Assembly: GCA_964247055.1 (NCBI GenBank)
Contig: OZ176053.1
Location: 2,046,001-2,110,000, forward strand
Length of the DNA: 64,000 nt
Reading direction: 5' to 3'
DNA from: Paragordius varius
Lineage: Eukaryota; Animalia; Nematomorpha
The first letter of the stretch is position 1; every line of letters begins with the position of its first letter. Below are positions 1 to 12,129 of the stretch, in pieces. A program made the position numbers and the translations under genes. The notes beneath the pieces are model-generated. The model searched no databases and was not told the origin of the DNA. It was given only the letters and a program-made list of their open reading frames with translations.

Positions 1-1
1 A

Positions 2-3000
2 CGTTATCCTGAATGTAAAGTTTGTCTATGGTTCCCTAACGCCGTTAGAAATATCATATTAGAAAATGATCCAGAACATCGATTTTGCAGAGAATGCCCT
101 GGTTTATAAACATAAATTTTTTTTTCTATTATACTGTTGAGAATTTCTTTTTTACAAATATTTATTTATCTGAGTTTCAGTGCAGAGATTTGGTTTTTTA
201 ATAAAAAAATTTATGGTTAAACCATTTTTTATAATTTTTTCAGTCATGATATAAATATATATATAACATTTACAATTCAATTTCACTCTTAAACAACTCA
301 AATTTACCCTTAAACAATTCTAATTCACCCTCAAACAACTCAAATTTACCCTAAAAATATATTATATGTTTTTTAAGATTAAAAATTATCTATATTTTTA
401 AAAAATAAAGTTTTGTTTTAAATTATAATACTGAAAAAATAATAAAATATGCCACAAAGATATATTTTATATTAATAATGAGTTATATTAGTTCGAAAAC
501 ACATAATTTATTTTTAGGGTGAATTTGAATTGTTCAAGGGTGAATTTGAATTGTTTAAGGTGAATATGAATTGTTCGAGGGTGAATTTGAACTGTTCAAG
601 GGTGTTAAATTGTTCGAGGGTGAATTTGAATTGTTCGAGGGTGATCTTGAATTGTTCAAGGGTAAATTTGAATGGTTCAAGGGTGAATTTGAACCGTAAA
701 TGGTATATATTAATTTCATTTTTTACTGTGAAATGGATGAAATTTTATCAATTATTTACCTTAATTATTTTTATAGATGAGAAATATCGCATTATTGTGC
801 TTACACTTAATCCTTTGGAGACACCGGCATATGTGCCTTCAACATATCCCATGTGCCTAGGTTGTGATAATATGTTTCTCCATGCATTCGATATTCAATA
901 TCAAAATTTAACGGGCGGAAATAGGGTCTGTACTACACCTTTGAATAGTACAAGCTCATCAATGTAAATACATTATTTTTACGTCGTTAAGCAATTGATA
1001 TACAGTAAAACTGAAATATTTTAATTACTAAACATAAAGTGTAAAAGATTTATATGATCTAAGAAAACCATATTCGCGAATTTTAATAGTGGGTTTACCA
1101 TGGAGATATAGTTTTAGTTATACATTCGATCCACATATACCATTCAAATTTTACCCTTGAACAATTTTAATTCACCCTTGAACAATTTAGATTCACCATA
1201 AAAATAATGGTTTTTGGGCTAATATAACTCATCATTCATATCTAATATATCTTTATGGCATAGTTTATTAGTTTTCCAGTCTTATATATTAAATTTAAGC
1301 AAAATTACATTTTCATTAACTGTAAAATAAGGTTTTTTAAAAAACACATAATTTATTTTTAAGGTGAATTTGAATTGTTCAAGGGTGAATTCGAATTATT
1401 TAAGGGTGTTTGAACTGTAAATGGTATATATAGATTTGGAGATTTAAGATTTAATATTATAGCTTTGTACATTAAATTAAAATTATTATGAGTTTTTATA
1501 TAAATATAAGTTGCAATCTGATCAAAAATACTTCGGACACGTCTTAGCGGAAGCGCCTTAGAAAAAAGCGCATTGATAATTGGAAAAAAGAGGCCAAAGA
1601 CCTATTTGTGGATGATAAAAAAATTTATGTCTTAAAAGGTTGACGATGAGGACGACCATCAACACATCATCAAAATTCTTGGATTACAATATTTCTTCAT
1701 TTTCTATATTATACCATTTACAATTCAAATTCACCCTTGAACAATTCAAATTCACCCTCGAACAATTCAAATTCACCCTTGAACAATTCAAATTCACCCT
1801 CGAACAATTCAAATTCACCCTCGAACAATATAACTCATATTAATTATATCTTTATGGTATAATTATTTTTTTTTTCAGTATTATTTTAATTTAAAACAAA
1901 ATTTTATTTTTTAAAAATATATAAAAATATAGGTAATTTTTAATCTTAAAAAACATGTTATTTATTTGAGGGTGAAAATTGTTCGAGGGTGAATTTGAAT
2001 TGTTCAAGGGTGAATTTGAACTGTAAATGGTATATAATATACCATTTACACTTCAATTATACCCTAAAACATTTAAATTCACCCTAATATAAATTATGTG
2101 TATTTTTGAGATTAAAAATTATTAATATTTTTTTATATTTTTTTAAAATGAAATAATACTGAAAAAAACTATGCCATATATACATATTTCATATTAACAC
2201 TTGGATACAACACACTCATTTTAGTCCTTCGATTCAAATTGGGGTAGTTGGATACCCTAGACCTGTTTAAAATTAAATACTTTGTATGAAAGCAATCGTA
2301 ACCATGGCAAAATTTTGCACTTATATAACATTATTAAACCGAAATATATAAAAAATTTTATTCAAAAATACTTGATATTACTTATTTTGAGCTAAAACTC
2401 CAAGGTAAAAATTTAGTCAACGTGACATGTGTCAAATTGTAAAATTAAAAAATATTACAAAATAAACCGCTTTTTCTATTTCTATCAATGTTAGATGTAA
2501 TTTATATAAAAAATAAGCTTTAGTTTTACCCTTAAAAATAAATGAAGGCGATATTTGCAAAATTTTTGTAAAATAAAAATGGCGTCGAAGTAGTTTGAGA
2601 TGGAACTTTTTTTTCAAAACAAAATTTTATCAAGATAAATTGGCATATTTATATAATATTTATCAGGATAGAAGCATAAATTTAAATTGGGACCGTTTTC
2701 TTCAGTAGTTTTTTAAAAATTTTAATTTAAATTTAGTCTGGGGTATTTAGATACCCCAATTTGAATCAAAGTGTTAATAATGAGTTATAATAGCCCAAAA
2801 ACATAATTTATTTTAAGGGTGAATTTGAATTGTTCGATGATGAATTTGCATAGTTCAAGGGTGAATTTGAATTGTTCGAGGGTGAATTTGAATTGTTCGA
2901 TGATGAATTTGCATTGTTCAAGGGTGAATTTTAATTGTTCCAGGGTGAATTTGAATTGTTCAAGGGTGAATTTGAATGGGTGAATTTGAATTGTTCAAGG

Positions 3001-5099
3001 GTGCATTTGAATTTTAAATGGTATATATGTGATACATCAATACTGATAATTTTTAAAACCTTTACATTAGAAACACAAATACGGTACAATTATCAAACGC
3101 CCAAGATATCATTATTGATTTAGAATCGGATCCCGAGTTAGATCAATTGCTTATAAATGGTATAATATACATCATCAATCATGTAACTAATTATTTTATT
3201 ATACAATAATTTTAACTCATGCTATTTTACTCTAAGAAGCTGTCGGTTAAAAAATTGTTTAACTTAAATGGAAAAATGTTGTTTTATTATAGATTCAAAT
3301 AGCAGTGTAGCAAAGAAATCTAATGACGTTACACATTTTCCAACCATTAATGCGCCATCGTTTACACCCTTTTTTGTTGAAACTAAAAACGTTGGTAGCG
3401 GAAAAATGGTAAAAACTCAAACTAAAAGTGTTAAACCAATTTTTACTTCAGCCGTAAAAAGATTTTCCTCCCAATCCTCAATAAATTCTTTTAGCAATAT
3501 TCTCAACAATGCTAAAAATGATAATAAGCCCATTTTGTGTAATTGTAAGAAATCACCCTTACTCCTTACAACCAAGAAGGGCCCTAACAAAGGACGCCAG
3601 TTTTATAAATGCGCTAATCCCACGGAAAATAAAAAGTGCAATTTTTTTAAATGGGCCGATGATGGAATCGGTACATATATTTATTTATCAAAAAAATTAT
3701 TTTATTAAACTGTTTTCCCTTAGAAATGAATTTGGAGTTTGTTTAATTATATTGCTGGCTAAAATAGTTACACTAATATATTTTTTAGTTTTAAGAAACC
3801 ACTATACTTTAACAATCGTTTCAAGCAGTCAAAACTTTTTCTTATTAATAAACATTTTCTTACCTAATCTAATTGTGCATACATTGGAAATCGTTGAGAA
3901 ATTAACTTTTTGAATAAGTGCCAACACGTTTAAATTGATTGGGAATAAATAAATTTAGAATATAATATTAATTTTATTTTTTTTATTTGACTCAAATTTA
4001 TTTGGCAGAAAATTCATCACCATCTGCTTCAAGGAGTGTTGGGAGCGCCCTTAATAACACAGACCCCATATTTAATGCCTCATACAACAATATAAGAAAA
4101 AATTTTAATGGTAATAACCGCTTGGAATTTCAAATATGTTAAATAAGGCATTTTACGCTATATATTTTGTTATATACATATATTTACAATATAAATTCAC
4201 CCTTGAACAATTCAATTTAGTCTTGAAATTCAAATTCACCCTAAAAATAATTTATGTGTTTTCGGACTATTATAACTCTCATTCATATGTAATATATCTT
4301 TATGGCCAAGCTTATATATAAGTTTTTCAGTATTATATTAATTTTAAGCAAAATTTTATTTTTTAAAAATATAAAACATATAAGTATATTTTAATCTAAA
4401 AAAAACAATTTATTTTTAGAGTGTTGAATTGTTCTAGGGTGAATTTGTGTAAATGTTATATTTAATTAATGGTGATTTTTAAAATTAATTTACATTATTT
4501 AGTTAAAACTAAATCTCAATCTTCTCAAGTTTTGTGTGGTTGTCAAGAACCTGCCGTTTTAAGAACCGTTGTTAAGGATGGCCCAAACAAAGGTAACTAT
4601 TTTATAGAGATTTATACATTTTAATATATCAGTCAATTTTCCTTTTTAACAGACGCTATTTTTTTAAAAAATATTTTCGAAATTTCGACATTTGTTCAAC
4701 TATTAATAATTGTCATAAAAATGCAATTAATCTTTTTTTTGCATGAAAAAAAACTACATAAAAAGTTTATATAACATAAAAAGATCTCTTCGCAATTTTT
4801 TTAATAATGTTTTTATTAATTTTTTAAGTTTGCATACGCTTTTTAATTCAATATAGTATCAAATTATTTAATTTTTCAAAAATCCGCATATAAATTTTTA
4901 ATTTAATACATATATAATTACAATTTAGTATGATTGTACATAGTTTATGAATATATTAACTTATCTAATTGATCTATTTTCATTTATGCTAAATAACCTT
5001 TATTCATAATTATCCCTAGGTAAGACATTTTATACCTGTTCAAAGCCCAGAGAAAGTCAATGCAATTTTTTTCTTTGGGGAGAAAGCGATCGGAACTAA
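2..5099 (+). CDS. TOP3A: DNA topoisomerase III alpha, 3' part (5' end lies upstream of the window)
   Basis: Phase-consistent GT-AG exons <1-101, 777-963, 3071-3159, 3293-3670, 4009-4110, 4503-4592, 5020-5099 (TAA). Translation gives YPECKVCLWFP...CRECP / YRIIVL...MCLGCD (C4 topoisomerase Zn ribbon, like human FPECRSAVWLP..CPVC..CIGGCDD), then two GRF Zn fingers: CNC..GPNKGRQFYKC..CNFFKWAD and CGC..GPNKGKTFYTC..CNFFLWGE. Confidence 0.9.
264..705. mobile_element. Foldback-like MITE family A, copy 1
   Basis: TAMCATTTAC...GTAAATGGTA ends; tandem 21-bp units AATTCAAATTCACCCTTGAAC inside both TIRs; TOP3A intron. Confidence 0.85.
1138..1426. mobile_element. MITE family A, copy 2
   Basis: Same ends and core in opposite orientation; TA on both sides. 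Confidence 0.85.
1712..2032. mobile_element. MITE family A, copy 3
   Basis: TATACCATTTAC...GTAAATGGTATA with five tandem 21-mers on the left. Confidence 0.88.
2040..3023. mobile_element. MITE family A, copy 4 (carries family B insertion 2198-2773)
   Basis: A-family left and right halves separated by a B element at the TTAA of ...ATTAATAATGAG. Confidence 0.85.
2198..2773 (+). mobile_element. piggyBac-like MITE family B (TTAA TSD)
   Basis: TTAA|CACTTGGATACAAC...GAATCAAAGTG|TTAA; the empty site is visible in other family A copies. Confidence 0.88.
4178..4460. mobile_element. MITE family A, copy 5 (eroded ends)
   Basis: 21-mer units and A-family core in TOP3A intron 4111-4502. Confidence 0.75.
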
Positions 5100-6224
5100 A
5101 CTTACAATATTAAATTTGTTGCAAACAAAATTTTTGCATATTATTTAATAAATACTACAGTCAAATAATATTTATATGGCAGATTTTAACATTAAAATGG
5201 TGATTTTATCTTAAGTTATAAATAAACTTTTTTGGATATATATTTAAGTTTTATAACTTATTCATCCAAATTAAAATTTAAAATATAAAAAAAAAAAGTT
5301 AATTTTTAAGAAAAAAAACTATCTATAATTGGCTACCATATATATATATATATAACACCACTTAATGGCTGGTTAAATGTTTGTAACACAAAGATATCTA
5401 CGGCTATTAAATAGCCAAACAGGTGGTCAAAAATTAATGCAAAAATGGCGCATATTCACAATGTCTGATTATTCTTTAACATAAGAAAACTATTTCTTAC
5501 TTTGGGAAGGGTTTTTTTATATCGAACCTTAATATAAAGGCTAACGCCATAATTTTATATGCTATAACACTATAAAATTTAAAACTATGCCTTTATCTAA
5601 TAGCATTTATATTTATTTATCCATATTTGTGACATGCGTATTACTATGTATCTTTAAATTTCATAATGGGATTTGTGTTTCTTTACAAATATATATATAT
5701 ATATATATAATAAAAATAATGACATAGAGAATAAAATTATTCGGAACTTGTTTTGTTGAAAAATCTGTAAAATATATAAAAAAGATATTATTACATGTAA
5801 TAATCTTCTTAAACTTCTCATATTTTTATATTTTTACGCCTATATTTAAATAAATTAGAAATCATGAAATTGATAAATTTATTTAGATTCCAATGTTCCA
5901 TTCAAGGAATTATAATTCTTGACTACGGCACCAGGATATTTTTATTAAAAATAATGAAAATCTTTATATTCTTATCTTATATTGTCGTTTTATTATTTTT
6001 ATATTTAATTGATTAATTTTAATTTCGGCCATAAAAAGCTCTATGTAAGGAATTTTCTTATAATTATACCTAAAATTATAAAAAAGAGATAAAATTTTCA
6101 TCATAAATTTGATTTTATTCTTAAAATTTTTATTGGAGAAAGATATTATTTAAATTAATTATGCCATTTATGAAGTTCTGAAAAATAATTTTTATTATAA
6201 TATAATTACCGGATACATTTATTT

Positions 6225-9200
6225 TCAAGATTTGACAATTTGAGAGATAAAGGTGAACCAAGATATATTAGGTTTATCCCATTTCATAATACAACTCGAC
6301 AATTCCATATATAAAGGATCGATTTTTTCGAATTTCTAATGTAATTAATTTATTTATCTATAATATGTTTGAACAAAGTAATTTGTAAATTTTAAAAATG
6401 AAATTATCTAATATATTGAAAATCAATAAAAAAATAAGTTTATACACATCTTTATTAATTAACTTTTAAAATTAAACACGAATTTTTATTTATACAATTT
6501 TAATAATTTTATTAAAACACTATATATATAGTGTGGCAAATTTAGGGTCAGAAATGTGATTTTTAATATTTGTATTTTTGGATAAAGAAATTCTTTAGAG
6601 CGTTCAGAATCGGGAAAAAAATTAGGAATCACTTTCAGGAAACTCATTAACTGGCTATGGACAAAATATTTAAATATTTGTCTTAATTAAAAATATAATT
6701 TTAGGTAAATAATTTAATAGCATATCCTGCCTTTATTTATATGTTAAAGATTTGACATAAGATATTGGCATCGTATCAGAAGTAATATATATATCTTTAA
6801 AAACACTTTTATAAGTATAATCTGCTTATTTTTTTATTTAAAAGTTAACCAAAAGCTAATATTAATAATTTAGGGGAACCATTATATACATTAATACCCT
6901 TAGAGTATAACATTCAATAAAGTTTAAGAAAAAAATTGTGTAATCAGATTTTACTTTTTATTTCATTGGACGTAATATTTTATATAAAATGTAAAGTTTT
7001 AAACATATATAAATGATTAATTGCTCTATAGTACAAAAAATTAGAGGATAACTTTTTTAACTATCAAGTAAAGCGAAATATTCGGTACCTAGTTGCTTAT
7101 ACCTATCAATAATAACACCCTTGAACATTCAAATCGAACAAATCAAATCTACCCTTGAATTTAAATTCACCCTAAAAATAAATGCGTTTTTGAGCTGATA
7201 TAACTCATTATTAATATTTAATATATCTTTATGGCTTAGTTTATATTTTTCAGTATGATTTTAATTTTAAACAATAAAAATACAGGTAATTTTTAATCTT
7301 AAAAAACACAATTTATTTTAGGGTGAATTTGAATTGTTCAAGGGTGAATTCGAAGTGTAAATGGTATATTTATATAATGAATAGGCACAAACAATGTAAT
7401 GGAAAAGTAAAACCTTTTCCATAGTTTCTTTGTCATTAATTTTGGAAAAAATTGGATGGTTATCATTAATATACAAGTAGTCATAACTCTGACGGTTTAA
7501 TTTCCTTTCTGACGATGTTAAATGGCGATATAAATCATCTTGGTGCAAAATTTTCAATAATAATTTACTATCAACAAATGGTAAGAGGGCGACCCCTAAA
7601 TGAATAAACATTGTAGATATTATTAGATATTGTAATTATTATAAAGATTAAAAATAGAAATATAAAACTTGGATACAACAAATTCATTTCCAATTCAAAT
7701 TGGGGTCTTTGAGCCCGCCAGGCTTGTTTAAAATTAAATATTTATTTAAAAATATGGAACAAATTAATAAGTGCAAATGTTTGCACTTATATAACATTGA
7801 TGCACGGAAATATAAGAAAAATATTTGAAAAAACTTTATATTGTTTATTTTAACACAACAAAATTAGTAAACATAACAGATCTGCTTTAGCCAACTATAA
7901 GATGCAAAATACACCACTTTATTTTATTTATATCAATAATTGGTGTAAATAAAAAATTAATTTTAGCGTTTAAATTAAGTAAATTTGATATTTTGCAAAA
8001 ATGTTGTAAAATAAAAATGGGGTTGAAGTAGTTTTATATGAAACGTTTTTTCCAAAACTAGCTTGGCTTGTTTTTATACAGTAGTTTTGAAAATTGTCAA
8101 CTTATACACCCCAATTTGAGTCGAAGGGTCATACTTCAAATAATTTTAAGCTCCACTAATATTTAAAAAATTTAAACAGGTATATTAACATCCGGCCCTC
8201 AATTTGAATATTTATCAAATATAATAACATTTCATAATATGTCTAAAATAGTAAAATTGATATTTCAATGAATTTTCATATAAGTCTTTCCAAATTAATT
8301 ATTTCCTATTACAGTTTTAAATTTGAAATCTAATAAAATTAATGTTCATATATTTTTCAAAATTTTTGAGTCAAAAATGCGGCTAGCGAAGCCATTTGTG
8401 TTGGGCACCCCGACCCATGGTTTAGACAAAAATTATTAGTAAAGAAAACCATATTCATATTTTTTATAATTTTTTTTTTAATGTAACCTTTCGTTTTGGG
8501 TTATGGAATAAGGAAAGCGATTAATACACATGGTAACTTACGTTTAATGATGTGTCTTTATAGATAAAAGTTTTTAAAATAATCAGGCTTCAACACTAAA
8601 TTTTAAGCCAATATAGTTAAGTGTATGTTATTAAGACATGACATACTTTGTGAAACGTATTTGGCGTTGTTGATATCAATCTTATATTTCGTTGGATATA
8701 AATGCTTTATGGGTGAATCTTTGTTTGTCATAAGTTCTCCCCATTTTTCTGGGAGGTAGTCTACATTCAAAGGCGGTAAAATAGCCATAAGTTGTTCAAA
8801 TGGGAGACACTACAATACAAATTATTTGGTCATAAACAGATTTAAGTTTTTTACACATTTGATTGGAAAATTCATAGAATGTTATGTGTATTTTGCTTGC
8901 TTTTCTCAAAAGGTTTTATGTTTTACAAAAATTGTACCGTTTTTAAGATTGCTGAATCGTTACCGTTTTTAAATATAATGTTGGTAAAAAAATTTGAAGT
9001 TTCTACGGTAGATAAAAAAATTTCAAAAACCAAATTTAAAGTATAAATTAGTTTAATATCGATAATAATATATGTAAATTTCATACAGGTCGTGTATTTG
9101 GCTCAAACGTGTAAGCGGCTCGATGATTGATATAGCGAAAATCTGAGGCAAATGGTGCATAGTAATATGGGTAATACCATGTCCAGCAGGGACAACCTTG

Positions 9201-12090
9201 AAAGTATAATAGGAGGACCCAGCAAAGACCTTTAGTGTAAGCTTCGGCCTAGTCATATAAACATGCCATTTAAATTATAATCTTTCTTAAATATATCCAA
9301 ATTTGAGTGGGTAACGACGAGGGTTTGTAATGTAAATGATATTAAAATCGTCGTATAATTTTTTATAAAAAAATGCACATTTGGTTATTTTATATAACAA
9401 CGGTTTAGTTATGATCCTTCTTTCATTTGTCCACTAACGGTTCTTTTGTGATTTTTTCCTATATAAATAGTATCAACCATGAATTTGTTCATTTTTTAAT
9501 TAAATTTTTTATCTTATATTATATATATTTTTATTAACTAATCTCCTGATGCCTATGCAGAAAATTTAAGAATTAATAAATTTATATTTCCTTTTTAGGT
9601 TATTTTACGACGATTTTAACATCATTTATATTCAAATTATTTAATTTGCCGTGTATAATATTAAAAACATAAAACATGCATAGTTTTACTTAATAATGGT
9701 AACTAAATTGTATTATGACTTACAACTTTTGCATTTAAGCTATCTTTGCAGAGTCCTTCAAATTTTTGGGAATAATAACGTTCCTTATAATTCGGGGCCC
9801 AAAATCTACAAAATTACAATTTTCATATGTTAGATATAAGTATAAATATTTATGTAAAAAAGATGGCTTTATATAGCATTTTCAAATTGTTAGAATTTTA
9901 AATCTAAAAATATCAGAGGTACTTTATAGCTATAAAATGATTTTTACGGTAAAAATATGGCAAATATATATATATATATATATATATATTTGAAATAAAA
10001 GCCTATAAATCATATATGTATTTCTCCACGCCAACAAGTTTAATCGTATGTTTTTTTGTCTCCTTTACCGTAGTAATGTTAAAAGTTAATAACAATGGTT
10101 ATTAAATCTTCACAATCGAAAAAAGTTTTGAAAATAATGCGTTTTAAAAATCAACTTTGGAGTTTTATCGCTCTAAATGAAACGTGCCGCCGGTTTATTT
10201 TTCAATATTGGTTTAAAAAACCATAATTTTTATAAATTAAATACGAACCCATGTTTGGCGCTCTATTCAAGTAGTAATTACAAATATATCAACCAACAAA
10301 ACGTATAAAATAAAAGACAAATATTTTTTTGAAGTGACAACCATACTTTTAAACCTTGATATTTTCCATATAAACTATATAATTAAATTTTGGAATTATT
10401 TCTCTATTTTAATGGGCGACCCATAAAGAAAAATTATATTTAAAAGAATTAGGGTTTATATGATAGTCTTTTGGAAAAAAAGGTCTAATTTTTACATTTC
10501 GTCCGTATAATTTCAATTTTACTCTTTTATATATATACATTACCTAACATCATATTTGGGATTGATTTCTGTCAAATCTTCCTTTCGTTTAACCAATATT
10601 TGTTTCAGTTTTCCCGAATAATAAGGCTCATTATTATTACTCCCTTTTTTCTATATTTACAAAGATGTTAGTTAAAAATATGTTGTTAAAAATTAAACGA
10701 ATAAATTTGTCCGTATAAAAACAAAATATCTATTTTGTAATAATTTACATTAGCTGAGGTATATTCATCGTTTCCACTGTTTAGAAATTTTCTTGGTTCT
10801 TTAATCGTCATTGAAGTAAAAGATTCCAATAATGGTAGAAACTCTTGCTCTCCACCGCTCATAATTCTTTCACTGCAAAAGTTACGTTTCAAAATATAAA
10901 GAAATATTCATTAATTATATTTGAAATATTATCAATATAACAATTAATACGAAATGATAATTTTGTATAAGTATCATTACTTCGGTATTTAAATGACTAA
11001 AAGTCTGTATATTTACATGTCTATTCACATTTATGAAATTTTTTAATTTTATTAGTTAAAGAATAGATTGTGATTGTGAATAAAAAAATATAATGGCGCT
11101 TGTTTGCATAGTATTAATTTAACACTTCAATACCTTTTCATTTTTTTGTCCTCGTTTACTTGGGGTAATTTTATATTCCAGAAGAGCTCAAATATTAAAA
11201 GAAGTTATTTTAGTTAAAATTTCTTTTTCAAACATTCTTCTTATCTATTAGATAAAAAAAGTTTATTTCAGTTTTATGACTTCTAGAGTCTAAAATTTGG
11301 CAAATCAAAATGATTGAAACATATAGCTGATATTAAAATTGAAAAAATATCAAGTTTTTGCTGGTAAAATGTAACCTAAAAGCTTTTTAGATTTAATTAT
11401 TTACATTATACGTTTATTTTCAATTGTTTTAGTGTTAGAGCTTATATATTAAGTTTAAAAATTCACAAACTCTCATATTGTGCTAAATATTTTTGATAGA
11501 TACTAAATTTTAAAATTTAAATAATTATTTTCATTTGGGTGTTAGACAATGTTTATTATTTTTATCTTCTAAACCCATTTTTGCTATTTATAAAAGGTAT
11601 GTCATTTTTATAATAAACTGTAATGTGAAAAGAATCAACATTTTAAATAAAAAAATCATCAATCAAACTTTTGGACTATGTTTTTATTGTTGTATCTTAT
11701 TTCACGATTGTGCCTTTGCTCAAAGATCTTATCTTCCATGTATCCAAATTTAATGAGAATGCCGCGCATAAAATATACATCTAAAACGCCATTATGTGTT
11801 AAATATCCAGCCTATATATTAATTAAAAAAATTAAATTAGCTAAATTTAAATGGTTACAGTATATATATTTGTCGAAATAATCCTTAAACCCGATTCGTA
11901 ACGTCGTCAGAGGTGTGTTATCAGTAAATGATTATATATTTTATTCATAGCCATTAAAGTTAAAATACTAAATGCAATTTGTGATTATATCCGACTATGT
12001 TTTATAATAGTAAAGTGTTAACCCGAGTATCTAAGATTTTCAGGTATATGTTGACTAATTTATCCAATGCATTCTCCCTAAATAAAATTT

Positions 12091-12129
<39 letters not shown>

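Noticed and set aside
530-776. ORF-track peptides with NLNCSRV, EQFKFTL, FKGEFEL or NVFPVNR repeats (530, 1640, 2935, 35409, 56589)
   Set aside because: These are translations of MITE tandem repeats; 21 is divisible by three, so frames stay open. Only 777-963 of the first ORF is a real TOP3A exon.
1500-1700. Fragment RKKRIDNWKKEAKDLFVDDKKIYVLK..DDEDDHQHIIK as a TOP3A exon
   Set aside because: It has stops and frameshifts, and TOP3A splices in phase without it. It may be a retroelement remnant but I cannot support a family.
1720-1830. 21-bp tandem arrays (also about 530-700, 2810-3010, 55380-55500, 56640-56840) as CRISPR arrays
   Set aside because: The units are contiguous with no unique spacers, lie inside inverted termini of eukaryotic MITEs, and there are no cas genes.
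11995-12022. Candidate 28-nt micro-intron in the XRN2-like gene
   Set aside because: Using this AG leads to a stop within nine codons; the AG at 11812 gives DTR-AGYLT, matching XRN2 KTGGYLT.
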